Counted from the first letter of the stretch, positions 50,172-60,855 are shown. The stretch: 64,000 nt of DNA from Candidatus Poribacteria bacterium (GCA_036339735.1 JAYZAL010000036.1:132727-196726); one strand, 5' to 3'. Numbers and translations: made by a program. Notes: generated from the sequence alone by a model not told the origin.

Positions 50172-51164
50172 ATGTCGCGCTACCTAATTGGTATTGATAT
50201 TGGTGGAACCAAACTAGCTACTGTTGTTGCTACGATTGACGGGGTGATTTTGCATAAGATCCGCCAACCAACTGAAGCTGAAAAAGGGTCAGACTACGTG
50301 GTCTCAAAGTTAATTCAGATGGTAAATCAAACACGAGAATTTGTTCAGGTTGGTCAAAGTCAGATAGAGGCCATTGGTATCAGTTGCGGTGGTCCCCTAG
50401 ACCCCCAGACAGGTATAGTTTACTCACCACCTAATCTTCCTAATTGGAATGCCGTACCACTTAGACAAATAATTGCTCATGAATTTAATATTCCAGTGGT
50501 AATAGAAAATGATGCTAACGCATCGGCCTATGCAGAATGGCAATTTGGCGGAGGACGTGGATTCAAAAATGTAGTATTTATGACGATGTCAACAGGCATT
50601 GGAGCTGGAATTGTATCGGACGGTCGTATACTGCAAGGAACCAACGGGTATGCGGGTGAAGTTGGTCACCAAATTTTAATTCCTGACGGACCATTATGCG
50701 GTTGTGGTAACCGAGGTTGTTTAGAGTCGATTTGTTCAGGACCATCTATCGCCCGTCGTGCTAAAGAGGCGGTGAAGGAACAAACTAACACTAAGATCTT
50801 AGATTTGGCTGATGGAAAAATTTCCGCAATTAAGTCAGAGCATGTGGTTTTAGCCGCTCAAAAAGGTGATTCGCTAGCCATAGACCTGATTCAGCAAACG
50901 GCTTTTTACATGGGTTGGGGAATTGCCAATTTGGTCAACATCGTTAATCCGGAAGTAGTACTAATCGGCACAATAGCAATTGCAGCAGGTGAATTATTAC
51001 TGGAGCCTATTCGTCAAACTGTTCGAAAAATGGCAATGCGCAGACCGGCAGAAACGGTTCAGATTCGGCCGGCTGAATTAGGGAATCGAATTGGCGATTT
51101 GGCAGCGATATCTTTGGTCCGACCTTCAATGAATAATTTTAATACTAACAAATACAATACCTGA
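50172..51164 (+). CDS. ROK-family sugar kinase (glucokinase / N-acetylglucosamine kinase-like)
   Basis: LIGIDIGGTK ATP motif and the ROK Zn signature CGCGNRGCLE. Confidence 0.8.
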   Translation: MSRYLIGIDIGGTKLATVVATIDGVILHKIRQPTEAEKGSDYVVSKLIQMVNQTREFVQVGQSQIEAIGISCGGPLDPQTGIVYSPPNLPNWNAVPLRQIIAHEFNIPVVIENDANASAYAEWQFGGGRGFKNVVFMTMSTGIGAGIVSDGRILQGTNGYAGEVGHQILIPDGPLCGCGNRGCLESICSGPSIARRAKEAVKEQTNTKILDLADGKISAIKSEHVVLAAQKGDSLAIDLIQQTAFYMGWGIANLVNIVNPEVVLIGTIAIAAGELLLEPIRQTVRKMAMRRPAETVQIRPAELGNRIGDLAAISLVRPSMNNFNTNKYNT

Positions 51165-51177
51165 AGAGGTTACCAAT

Positions 51178-52161
51178 TTGAGTCAACCAGTTTTCGATCG
51201 TTCTCAACTTCGGATTCTGTCTTTAACTGATCGACAACATAAAATGACGGTCGAGGACATTTATCATTTGGACAGCCAAACACCACCGTATAGTAATCCT
51301 GATTTAGTTCATATCGCTAATCAGATAGTTAAGTCTCACCAGGAAGATCGTGCCGTGATCTGGATGATGGGAGCACATGTTATGCGGAGGGGAAACTCCC
51401 GGTTTATCATTGATCTAATGAATCGTGGTATTTTAACGCATTTGTCAACCAACGGCGCTACGGCCATTCACGATTTTGAGCTAGCTTTAATTGGAGCCAC
51501 TCTGGAAAATGTCGAAGACTATATTCAAGATGGCCAATTTGGCCATTGGCAGGAGACAGGTCAAAAATTAAACCAATCAATCATTAAGGCAGCAGAAGCA
51601 AATCTTGGTTATGGTGAAGCCATCGGCAAAATGATCCTTAATAATGAGCAGGAAGTCAATTTTACATATGCGGAACTGAGTATCTTTGCGAATGCGTATC
51701 GGCTGGGTGTGCCGATTACCGTTCACAAAGGTATCGGTTACGACATTATTGACCAACACCCATCGGCGAATTATTCTGCTATGGGGCAAACCTCCGGCAC
51801 AGATTTTCTGAGGTTTGTCCATAGTGTAACCCGATTAGAGGGTGGCGTTTTCCTTAATCTTGGGTCAGCAGTTATGGGGCCAGAAGTTTACCTGAAAAGC
51901 CTTTCTATGGCTCGCAACGTTGCGCATCAGTCGGGGCAGGAAATCCGGCGATTTTTAACAGCCAATTTTGATCTAGTTTCATTTGATGATTTCAGGGATG
52001 AGGGAAGCCCAACCCAAGCTCATTACTATCATCGGCCCAAAAAAACTATTCTTGTTCGTACCGTCAAAGATGGTGGAGAGAGTTACCATATCTCAGGGGA
52101 TTTTGATCGAACGATACCGGCTCTATACAGAGAAATTATAAAAGTATTGAACAGTGAATAA
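51178..52161 (+). CDS. Conserved hypothetical protein (unassigned family)
   Basis: 327 aa; the conserved-looking block GAHVMRRGNSRFIIDLMNRGILTHLSTNGATAIHDFE could not be assigned to a family. Confidence 0.35.
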   Translation: MSQPVFDRSQLRILSLTDRQHKMTVEDIYHLDSQTPPYSNPDLVHIANQIVKSHQEDRAVIWMMGAHVMRRGNSRFIIDLMNRGILTHLSTNGATAIHDFELALIGATLENVEDYIQDGQFGHWQETGQKLNQSIIKAAEANLGYGEAIGKMILNNEQEVNFTYAELSIFANAYRLGVPITVHKGIGYDIIDQHPSANYSAMGQTSGTDFLRFVHSVTRLEGGVFLNLGSAVMGPEVYLKSLSMARNVAHQSGQEIRRFLTANFDLVSFDDFRDEGSPTQAHYYHRPKKTILVRTVKDGGESYHISGDFDRTIPALYREIIKVLNSE

Positions 52162-52364
52162 CTAGATGGGGGTCAAAACCTCTACAACTTTTTCCAATCT
52201 GAGTAATTTGCTGTGTTTGGTACCAGAAATTTGAAAATTGGTTTGTTTGGTTTGCTATAGATTATCTTTGATTTTGGTCAGGTATCGGTTCATATCTTGT
52301 TAGACTTTCTGGGCTGATATGTAGGAATAGTCTCGACGTTTAGTACCTTCTTTGAGCAATTTTC

Positions 52365-53969
52365 TTATGTCAATTCAAAAGCAGCTGAAATCAGCGATTT
52401 CGTGTATTCGGCCCTTGGTTGAGTGAAGACCGTTTTGGTCTCTCCTTGCTCAACCACCAGTCCATCCTTCATAACAATCAAGTTGTCAGATACTGACCGA
52501 ATGACTTTCAAGTCATGGCTAATAAAGATGTAAGTTAGCTGGTATTCTACTTGTAAACGTTGTAAAAGATCTAAGACCTGTGCTTGAACGCTAACATCTA
52601 AAGAAGATGTCGGTTCGTCCAAGACAATTAATGCCGGCTTCAGTACAATGGCTCTAGCAATGGCAATACGTTGGCGCTGACCGCCTGAAAATTCGTGAGG
52701 ATAACGATCTTTGGTTTCAGCTTCTAGCCCCACTTGAGCAAGAATATCGATTATAAGTTGCTCTCGTTTGCTTTTGTCAGTCTCGATTTGATGAATTTGA
52801 AGTCCCTCTGCGACTATCTCGCCTACTGACATACGTGGGTTTAAACTCCCAAATGGATCTTGAAAGATGATCTGCATCTGGCGACGTAAAGGTTGTAATT
52901 GTTTAAATTTCAATCCTTGAATCGATTTTTTCTTGAACTTAATATGTCCACGAGATGATATTAATCGTAGCAAAGCCAAACCCAGTGTTGTTTTTCCAGA
53001 TCCTGATTCGCCAACAACACCTAGTGTTTGACCTACTTTTACTTCAAGGTTTAGCCCATCTACAGCCTTAACATAATCGGTAGTTCGACGAAAAATCCCT
53101 TTTTTGATCGGATACCATACTCTCAGGTCAGTAGTTTCAATAATTGTAGTACCGCCAGCAGCTATAGCTGACTTTGGTTGAGGTTGAGCCGCCAATAGTT
53201 CTTTAGTGTAGCTATGGCTAGGCTCATAGAAGATTTTATTCGTCTCACCTCTTTCTACAATTTTTCCTTGTTGCATAACGCAAACTTGATCGGCAATTTT
53301 TCTAACTACAGCCAAATCGTGAGTGATGAATAACATTGCCATTTTGAATTGATCTTGCAGACTTTTCAGCAGTCGTAGAATCTGGGCTTGAACTGTAACA
53401 TCCAATGCCGTAGTTGGTTCATCTGCGATCAACAGGTCAGGTTCATTGGCCAAAGCCATGGCAATCATCACACGTTGGCGTTGGCCACCCGAAAGTTCGT
53501 GTGGGAATGCGGTTAGTCGCTGGCTAATTTCATCTAAACCAACTAATTGTAATAGCTCCTTTGCTCGCTGGTTTGCTGATTGTTGATCCATACCTTGATG
53601 TAGAACTAAGGGCTCAGAAATTTGCTTCTCAATGGTATGTAGTGGGTTAAGTGAGGTCATCGGTTCCTGAAAAATCATGGAAACTTGGTTGCCACGAACA
53701 GACTGTAATCGATCGACAGATGCACCCATTAGTTGTTGGTTATCCAGTAAAATACTGCCAGTTGGATGCTGAGCAATTGGATAAGGCAGTAATTGTAAAA
53801 TACTGAGAGCCGAAACTGTTTTTCCAGACCCCGATTCACCGACTAGTGCTAAGGTTTGGCCTCGGTTGATACTGAAGGAAATATCTTGAGCTGCACTAAC
53901 TGTTCCCGCCTCGGTACGAAATTCCACAGACAAGTTTTCAACTTTTAGTAAAGGAGGAGTAATATCCAT
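52365..53969 (-). CDS. ABC transporter ATP-binding protein with duplicated ATPase domains (YejF/oligopeptide-type)
   Basis: Two Walker A sites (GESGSGKT twice), two LSGGQRQR signatures and two Walker B sites in a single 534-aa protein. Confidence 0.8.
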   Translation of the reverse strand: MDITPPLLKVENLSVEFRTEAGTVSAAQDISFSINRGQTLALVGESGSGKTVSALSILQLLPYPIAQHPTGSILLDNQQLMGASVDRLQSVRGNQVSMIFQEPMTSLNPLHTIEKQISEPLVLHQGMDQQSANQRAKELLQLVGLDEISQRLTAFPHELSGGQRQRVMIAMALANEPDLLIADEPTTALDVTVQAQILRLLKSLQDQFKMAMLFITHDLAVVRKIADQVCVMQQGKIVERGETNKIFYEPSHSYTKELLAAQPQPKSAIAAGGTTIIETTDLRVWYPIKKGIFRRTTDYVKAVDGLNLEVKVGQTLGVVGESGSGKTTLGLALLRLISSRGHIKFKKKSIQGLKFKQLQPLRRQMQIIFQDPFGSLNPRMSVGEIVAEGLQIHQIETDKSKREQLIIDILAQVGLEAETKDRYPHEFSGGQRQRIAIARAIVLKPALIVLDEPTSSLDVSVQAQVLDLLQRLQVEYQLTYIFISHDLKVIRSVSDNLIVMKDGLVVEQGETKTVFTQPRAEYTKSLISAAFELT

Positions 53970-53972
53970 AAA

Positions 53973-55007
53973 CTAATTAGGTGCGATTAGAGTCTTACGC
54001 GGATCAAAAGCGTCTCTGACGGCTTCACCAATAAAAATTAATAAGACTAACAAAATTCCTAAAGTAAAGAAACTCGTCAACCCAAGCCAGGGAGCTTGAA
54101 TATTGTTTCTGCCTTGAACAATCATTTCGCCCAAAGATGGTGATCCCGGCGGCAAACCAAAGCTTAGAACACTTAAACCAGTAAGTGTAGTAATAGCTGC
54201 GCTAAGATTGAATGGTAAAAAGGTAATAGTTGCTACCATAGCATTAGGTAAAACATGACGAAACATAATGAGCATATCAGAAACCCCTAAAGCTCTGGCA
54301 GCTCGAACGAAATCTAGATTCCTAGCTCGCAGGAATTCGGCCCGTACTACACCAACATAACGCATCCAGCTGAAAAGCAACAAGATACCCAGTAGCCACC
54401 AAAAAGTAAGTTGGATCACACTACTCAGAATAATAACTAAATAGAGCATAGGGAAAGACTGCCAAATTTCCATGAATCGTTGAAACCCAAGATCAACCCA
54501 TCCGCCAAAGAACCCCTGTATGGCACCAGCGGTCACGCCTATAACACCAGAAAACAGCGTCAAAACTAAGCCAAATACAACAGCTGTTCGAAATCCGTAG
54601 ATCAATCTAGCCACTACATCTCTACTCTGGTCATCAGTGCCTAGCCAATGTTGTCGAGAAGGCGGAACTAAAGCTCGGCGCTCGGCGGTTTTACTCTTAA
54701 CTACCGTATCATATGAATAGGGGATTATGGGCCAAATGGCTTGACCTTTTTCTTGAATTAACTCTAGGACATAAGGGTCTTGGTAGTCAGCCTCAGTTGG
54801 GAATTCTCCACCAAAACGTGTTTCTGGGTAAGATTTTAAAATGGGAAACAAAATCTGGCCATCGAAAAAAACAACAATAGGCTTATCATTTGCAACAATC
54901 TCAGCCATTAGGCTGACAAAAAACAGGAAACTAAAAATAAAGAGGGAAAATAAACCTCGACGATTAGCGATAAAAATAGCGAGACGGCGCTGATTGAGTG
55001 GAGACAA
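53973..55007 (-). CDS. ABC transporter permease (OppC/DppC/YejE family)
   Basis: Polytopic permease with an N-terminal extension; sits between the OppB-type permease and the fused ATPase. Confidence 0.7.
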   Translation of the reverse strand: MSPLNQRRLAIFIANRRGLFSLFIFSFLFFVSLMAEIVANDKPIVVFFDGQILFPILKSYPETRFGGEFPTEADYQDPYVLELIQEKGQAIWPIIPYSYDTVVKSKTAERRALVPPSRQHWLGTDDQSRDVVARLIYGFRTAVVFGLVLTLFSGVIGVTAGAIQGFFGGWVDLGFQRFMEIWQSFPMLYLVIILSSVIQLTFWWLLGILLLFSWMRYVGVVRAEFLRARNLDFVRAARALGVSDMLIMFRHVLPNAMVATITFLPFNLSAAITTLTGLSVLSFGLPPGSPSLGEMIVQGRNNIQAPWLGLTSFFTLGILLVLLIFIGEAVRDAFDPRKTLIAPN

Positions 55008-55013
55008 AAAACC

Positions 55014-56117
55014 TTATACCTCCCTAGATTCAAAATCGATACGTGGGTCAACTAGAGCATAGGTTACATCGCTTATAATACCGATCAAAAGACCTAATAA
55101 AGAGAAAAAATAGAGGGAAGCAAACATAATTGGATAATCTCGGCTGATAGCTGCTTGGTAGCCTAAGAGGCCTAGTCCGTCTAGCGAAAATAACATTTCA
55201 ATAAAAATAGCTCCGGTGAAAAGAATACTGATAAAAGCACTCGGGAAACCCGCAATCACGATCAGCATAGCATTGCGAAACACATGTCCATACAACACAC
55301 GGTTTTCGCTTAATCCTTTAGAACGAGCTGTCATGACATATTGCAACCCAATTTGGTCGATAAACGAGTTTTTTGTCAGTAGAGTTAAGGTTGCAAAACC
55401 AGTGACAACAGAAGCCGTAATGGGTAGTACCATGTGCCACAGGTAATCAATAATTTTGTTCCATATGCTAAAATTATCCCAACCTTCAGACACTAAGCCC
55501 CGTAAAGGAAACCAGGTCAGGTAACGCCCACCAGCAAATATGATAATTAATAGTAGTGCGAACAGAAAAACCGGAATGGCATAACCAACAGTTATAATGG
55601 TACTAGTTATGCCATCGAAACGACTTCCATCTCGGACAGCTTTGGTGATGCCCAGTGGTATGGAAATGGTATAAACGAGTAGAGTGGTCCATAATCCCAA
55701 AGAAATAGAGACTGGCATCTTATCCAATACTAGGTCAATTACCTTCCTATCCTGGTAGAAACTGTTACCGAAATCGAATACTAAATAATTTTTTAGCATC
55801 TTACCAAAACGGATATGAATAGGTTGATCCATCCCGTACATCTTTTCAATTTCAGCGATCAGATCAGGGGACAGCCCTCTCGCACCTCGATACTTGCTGT
55901 TAGCCCTCTGGTTATTGCTTTGGTTGCTTAGTGTTTCTCCATTATTACCACCACCAGAAAAACGTTCCGTAGCATCGGTAGCATTTCCTGCAAGACGTGC
56001 AAGCATTTGTTCTACTGGACCACCCGGCATTACCTGAATAATGAAAAAATTGACGGTCAAAATGCCGAGTAGCGTTGGTATTAAGAGTAGTAGACGCCGA
56101 ATAACATAAGCGAACAT
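55014..56117 (-). CDS. ABC transporter permease (OppB/DppB/YejB family)
   Basis: OppB-like N-terminus (MFAYVIRRLLLLIPTLLGI) and polytopic topology. Confidence 0.7.
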   Translation of the reverse strand: MFAYVIRRLLLLIPTLLGILTVNFFIIQVMPGGPVEQMLARLAGNATDATERFSGGGNNGETLSNQSNNQRANSKYRGARGLSPDLIAEIEKMYGMDQPIHIRFGKMLKNYLVFDFGNSFYQDRKVIDLVLDKMPVSISLGLWTTLLVYTISIPLGITKAVRDGSRFDGITSTIITVGYAIPVFLFALLLIIIFAGGRYLTWFPLRGLVSEGWDNFSIWNKIIDYLWHMVLPITASVVTGFATLTLLTKNSFIDQIGLQYVMTARSKGLSENRVLYGHVFRNAMLIVIAGFPSAFISILFTGAIFIEMLFSLDGLGLLGYQAAISRDYPIMFASLYFFSLLGLLIGIISDVTYALVDPRIDFESREV

Positions 56118-56347
56118 TAGGCTAGTTTATATAAAGTCCCATTGAGAAGCAGAATAATATACCCCACTATAGCCAGAAATGTGCGGATTATACCATAAGA
56201 TATCGTAGATCCACAGATACAGATGCAGCTAGACATCAAACCGTATTTTCTGTTAGAATTCCATGACTATACTGCGCGTGGGTGGTATCAATCAAAACCA
56301 TAAAATGCACATCAACTGAGACTTAATCTGAAGGAAAATCAAATAAT

Positions 56348-58207
56348 ATGGAGAAAAATAGACGCCTCTTTGCTATCCTGCCTTTGTTCCTTTGTCTTTT
56401 TTGCGTAACCATTACATTGACTTATAGTCAGCAAAAATTTTCATCTTTGATTGGTACTAATCCTGTAAGTTCTGTTAATTCTACTTCCACGTTAACAGTG
56501 CCTTACATCGTTTGGGGAGGGGAAGCTGCATTATTCTACGCAAATGGTGGATTGCAAACAAAACCTGGTTCAATCATGGCCCAACAGGGCCTAACACTAA
56601 AACTAGTACCAGGAGATGATTTTGTTGGACAGGTCAAAAACTATCTAGGTGGGCGCACACCGTTTCTGCGCGGGACTTTTAGAATGCTAGGTCAAGCCAG
56701 TGAGGTAATCGGTCGCAACCCAAAGACCAAAGCCGTAGTATTCGGTCAGATGACCTGGTCAGCTGGAGATCATTTCGTTGCACGGTCAAATATTAAACGA
56801 ATTTCTGATCTAAGAGGAAAAAAAATCGCTATCCAAACCGGTGGGCCTCACGTCGGTATGTTGTACGATATGCTCAGAACGGCTCGCCTTTCTAAATCCG
56901 ATATCGATTTGATCTGGTTGGATGATCTAACCGGGGCTTCAGGTCCCGCTGAAACCTTTCGGAAAGATCCTACAGTTGCCGGTTGTTTTGTGATCACACC
57001 TGACATGATAGGCCTAACTGGTGGATATGATAATACTGGCACTGGGGCTGAAGGCACAGTGAATGATGCTCGTGTAGTGGTTAGTACGGCCACGCTATCA
57101 CGGTCAATTGCGGATGTTTATGCTTGCAGGAAAGATTTTTACGACAGTAACAAATCAACGGTAGAGAAATTCTTTGCTGGCTACTTGAAGGGAGTAGAGG
57201 CAGTTATTCAGCTAAAGAAGAGCTATGAAAAAAGTGGTTCTCAGGAATACATGAAATTGCTACAAATGATTCAGGACATATATGGGCCTGAGATCATTCC
57301 AACTCTAGAAGAAGACGCACACGGGTTAATAGCTGATTGCACTTATGTCGGTCAGCCTGGTAATGTTTCTTTTTTTAACGATCAGACCAACGTTGTTACG
57401 GGATTTTCAGGTTTTAATAAATCAGCTATTGATATGGCAACTTCTTGGGGCTTTGCAGAAAAGCGTTATAATTTGCTACCTTCTGATCTGAACTTTAGCT
57501 CTTCTAGGTTCACTAGCTTACTCTCCAATACGGTTAAAATGCCAGTTCAACGAAAACGATTTAAAAAAGAGACAGTTAGAGCAGAGGTCGAATCTTTCAA
57601 CGAAGAAGATGTTCTAGATGAAAAAACACTAGTTTCTTTTACAATCCAGTTCAAACCCAATCAGGAAAAGTTTAGCCAAATAGAATATAAGGAAGAATTT
57701 GATCGTGTGGTTGAACTCGCAGCCAAATATGGTAATGCAGCTGTGGCAATAAAAGGACATACGGATCCTTCAAAAACACTGATGACCTTAGTAAAAACAG
57801 GAATCAAGCGAAATATAATCAAGCGGACGGGTCAAAGAGGAAGTTATAAATATTTTATGGATGGAAAATCGATTCGGTTGGAAAACACAGAAAAACTTAT
57901 TAAGCTGATACAACAGAAAAAGTTTGAATCTGGCACGGAAATCGAGAGTCCATACCAAGTAATGCGTGCAGGCTTAGAACTCTCTGAGCAACGAGCAGAA
58001 GCTGTCAAAAACGCAATTGTCAACTACGCACGACAGAGAAATGTTCGTCTTGAGTCAGACCAAATTGTACCTATTGGGATGGGAATTAAAGAACCAGTCA
58101 TCGCTAAACCAACAAATCCAGAACAAGCGAGTGAGAACCGACGAGTTGAATTTGCATTAGTCAAAGTTTCGGCTGAAACCGTGGCTGAAGCGGATTTTGA
58201 TTTTTGA
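56348..58207 (+). CDS. Secreted two-domain protein: NMT1/SsuA/NrtA-like periplasmic solute-binding domain fused to a C-terminal OmpA-like peptidoglycan-binding domain
   Basis: Signal peptide, then an SBP-like region (ISDLRGKKIAIQTGGPHVGMLYDMLRTARLSKSDIDLIWL). The C-terminal OmpA-like motifs are GHTDP ... QRAEAVKN ... NRRVEF. Confidence 0.55.
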   Translation: MEKNRRLFAILPLFLCLFCVTITLTYSQQKFSSLIGTNPVSSVNSTSTLTVPYIVWGGEAALFYANGGLQTKPGSIMAQQGLTLKLVPGDDFVGQVKNYLGGRTPFLRGTFRMLGQASEVIGRNPKTKAVVFGQMTWSAGDHFVARSNIKRISDLRGKKIAIQTGGPHVGMLYDMLRTARLSKSDIDLIWLDDLTGASGPAETFRKDPTVAGCFVITPDMIGLTGGYDNTGTGAEGTVNDARVVVSTATLSRSIADVYACRKDFYDSNKSTVEKFFAGYLKGVEAVIQLKKSYEKSGSQEYMKLLQMIQDIYGPEIIPTLEEDAHGLIADCTYVGQPGNVSFFNDQTNVVTGFSGFNKSAIDMATSWGFAEKRYNLLPSDLNFSSSRFTSLLSNTVKMPVQRKRFKKETVRAEVESFNEEDVLDEKTLVSFTIQFKPNQEKFSQIEYKEEFDRVVELAAKYGNAAVAIKGHTDPSKTLMTLVKTGIKRNIIKRTGQRGSYKYFMDGKSIRLENTEKLIKLIQQKKFESGTEIESPYQVMRAGLELSEQRAEAVKNAIVNYARQRNVRLESDQIVPIGMGIKEPVIAKPTNPEQASENRRVEFALVKVSAETVAEADFDF

Positions 58208-58234
58208 CCGTCTTCAATGTAGATTAGAAAAATT

Positions 58235-59221
58235 TTGAACGTGTATTTCCAATACCTAAGGCCTATTCTTTGGTTGATAGTTTGGTCAATGCTGGTTTTT
58301 GCGTACAACCCTTCAACTCATGCAACTGAATCTAAGGCAAGCAAAGAAGCTAAGACTTCTCTGGCAATTCATAAGGAGAATATCGTTGTACTATTGGATG
58401 CTTCTGGTTCTATGAATGATCCATTTTCTGACACAAATCAGGATAATGAAGCAATCACTAAAATTCAGGTTGCGAAAGAGGCTTTAGAGACTGTTCTAAA
58501 CCAGTTGACTGAAGATGTTAATATTGGCTTGTTAGTCTTTTCCGTTGCCCACTCTGATCCTTGGCTTTATCCCCTAGGTACAAAAGATGACGTTCGCTTC
58601 CTGTCTGCTTTGTCTACCGTTGAAGCTGGTGGTGGGACTCCACTTGCTCAATATATGAAGTTTGGGGCAGACACACTACTAGCTCAAAGAGAGCGCCAAT
58701 TTAACTACGGGAGTTACCGTCTATTAATAATCACTGACGGTCAAGCCAAATCAGCTGAATTGGTCAGCACCTATACTTCGGCAATTAAGGATCGGCAGAT
58801 TCGTATTGATGTCATCGGTGTCGATATGGCAGAGGAGCATACTTTGGCTACGATGGTGGATAGCTATCGTCAAGCGGATAACCCTAAACAACTAGTCGAG
58901 GCTGTAGCTAAAGTCCTAGCGGAGACATCAACTGATACTCAAAATAGTAACAATAGTGAATTTGATTTGCTTCAGCCATTGACGGAAGAGCTAGCTATTA
59001 GTTTAATTAAGGCTTTGACTAAAGCACCTAGCAACCAGCCGATCCGAACTAAAGAAGAAAAAGTAGAATCGGTCAGACCTCAAAACGTGTCTCAAACTGC
59101 CAAGAATACTAATAAGTCGACCTCAAGCGGCGGTTCAAAAAACACATTGTTTTTAATTGGTTTTCTAATATTGTCAGGAGTAATTTTCTTTATATTTCGT
59201 TCCAGACAAAAACCGAATTAA
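58235..59221 (+). CDS. von Willebrand factor type A (VWA) domain protein with a C-terminal transmembrane anchor
   Basis: Signal peptide; MIDAS motif DASGSMND, GGGTPL, ITDG; C-terminal hydrophobic helix followed by a basic tail (FIFRSRQKPN). Confidence 0.7.
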   Translation: MNVYFQYLRPILWLIVWSMLVFAYNPSTHATESKASKEAKTSLAIHKENIVVLLDASGSMNDPFSDTNQDNEAITKIQVAKEALETVLNQLTEDVNIGLLVFSVAHSDPWLYPLGTKDDVRFLSALSTVEAGGGTPLAQYMKFGADTLLAQRERQFNYGSYRLLIITDGQAKSAELVSTYTSAIKDRQIRIDVIGVDMAEEHTLATMVDSYRQADNPKQLVEAVAKVLAETSTDTQNSNNSEFDLLQPLTEELAISLIKALTKAPSNQPIRTKEEKVESVRPQNVSQTAKNTNKSTSSGGSKNTLFLIGFLILSGVIFFIFRSRQKPN

Positions 59222-59244
59222 CAAAAACCAAGATTATTAAGTAA

Positions 59245-60855
59245 ATGAACGATCAGCCATCAAATTCTAGCCAACGAGCGCTTAGTAGAATCATCATGGT
59301 AGTTGGTTGGGTGGTCATTTTAGTAATTGGATTAACGATCTATGGACTGGTAATTAAACCTAGGTTGTCTGGTAAGTTGATGGAGCAGACAAGCTCACAA
59401 ATTCGATATGACCACCAAATTCGATTGGCCCACGATTCATTTTCTGGATACGCCATTCTCCGGTCTCCCGCCGTGCAAAATCTGCTGAAGAAAAAAAGTA
59501 TCAAAATTACATTTATTGATGATAAAGCAGATTACAGTCAGCGGTTGAACAAACTGAAAAATGGTAAAGTCCAAATGGCTGTTTTCACAATCGATGCTTA
59601 TATTAAAGCTAGTAGCAAAACCGGTACATTCCCAGCTGCAGTAGTTTTAGTTATTGACGAAACGAAAGGCGCAGATGCAATTGTAGCTTACCAGCAAGGA
59701 GTACCAGAGATCTCTCGACTAAGCACTCCTTCCGCCTCTATCACATTAGTACCAGATTCACCAAGCGAAACTCTAGCACGTGTAATGATTAATAAGTTTA
59801 GCTTGCCTAGTTTACCCAATAACTGGTTGAAGCCTGCTAATGAACCCGAATCAGTTTACAAAATGCTCAAGTCAACGAAGCCGAGCGAGCAAAAAGCCTT
59901 TGTTTTATGGGAACCCTACGTTAGTCAGGCTTTGTCTCTTGACAATGTTCATATTTTACTGGATAGCTCAAAACTGAAAGGATATATCGTTGACGTGTTA
60001 GTCGCAGAACGTCGTTTTTTAAATCAAAATCCTGATCAAGTTCAGGCTATTGTTGAGGCTTACTTACGAGCTAGGTACGACTATGCACAGCAACCTGACG
60101 GGTTAGTGAATTTACTTGTGGAAGATTCAAAAAAGTACGGACAGGCATTAAAACTAGATGAGGCAAAAAGCTTAGTAAGTGGAATTGAGTGGCGAAATAC
60201 AATGGAAAATTACGCTCATTTTGGTGTGGTTTCTAAGACAGAGGCCAATAATAGTGAACTGCTGGACGATATGATAGCTAAGATCGTTAATGTTTTGGAT
60301 AAAACAGACGCTATTCAAAATGATCCTCTTGAGGGTAACTTTGGCCAGATTTATTACGATGGAATACTCAGATCACTGTATTCAGATAATTTTCACCCTA
60401 GTATTTCTAATTCTGAACTGGAAGACATTGACCTTGGTGGTGAGGCCACCGCTTTACCAAAAGTAAGGGTTCAAAAACAACTGGTAGCGTTAGGTCAATC
60501 TGACTGGCAGAAATTGAAGCCTGTAGCAACAATGAAAGTTAGACCAATCCAGTTCGGTCGTGGTAATGCAAGAATTCAACGTAATAGCCAGCGATCTTTA
60601 GTCGCTTTGGCAGATGACCTGAAATCATTTCCACATTGGTACATAAAAGTCATTGGACATACACGGAGTGAAGGTAATCGAAAAGCGAACCAAGATTTGG
60701 CCCAACAAAGAGCTGATGCGACCGCCAAATTCCTCATGAAAAACGGAATAAGTAATTCCCGCATTCAGGCGGCTGCCGTTGGCCAACCGCCTGCCAACGC
60801 CACTGGAGGCCAAGCTCAGAGTGTAACTTTCATGTTATTAGAAAAACCATACTAG
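59245..60855 (+). CDS. Membrane-anchored paralog: SsuA/NMT1-like solute-binding domain + C-terminal OmpA-like domain
   Basis: N-terminal TM helix, an SBP-like region (IRLAHDSFSGYAILR ... GKVQMAVFTIDAYIKA ... GADAIVAYQQ) and a C-terminal OmpA-like region (IGHTRSEGNRKANQDLAQQRADA). Confidence 0.5.
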   Translation: MNDQPSNSSQRALSRIIMVVGWVVILVIGLTIYGLVIKPRLSGKLMEQTSSQIRYDHQIRLAHDSFSGYAILRSPAVQNLLKKKSIKITFIDDKADYSQRLNKLKNGKVQMAVFTIDAYIKASSKTGTFPAAVVLVIDETKGADAIVAYQQGVPEISRLSTPSASITLVPDSPSETLARVMINKFSLPSLPNNWLKPANEPESVYKMLKSTKPSEQKAFVLWEPYVSQALSLDNVHILLDSSKLKGYIVDVLVAERRFLNQNPDQVQAIVEAYLRARYDYAQQPDGLVNLLVEDSKKYGQALKLDEAKSLVSGIEWRNTMENYAHFGVVSKTEANNSELLDDMIAKIVNVLDKTDAIQNDPLEGNFGQIYYDGILRSLYSDNFHPSISNSELEDIDLGGEATALPKVRVQKQLVALGQSDWQKLKPVATMKVRPIQFGRGNARIQRNSQRSLVALADDLKSFPHWYIKVIGHTRSEGNRKANQDLAQQRADATAKFLMKNGISNSRIQAAAVGQPPANATGGQAQSVTFMLLEKPY

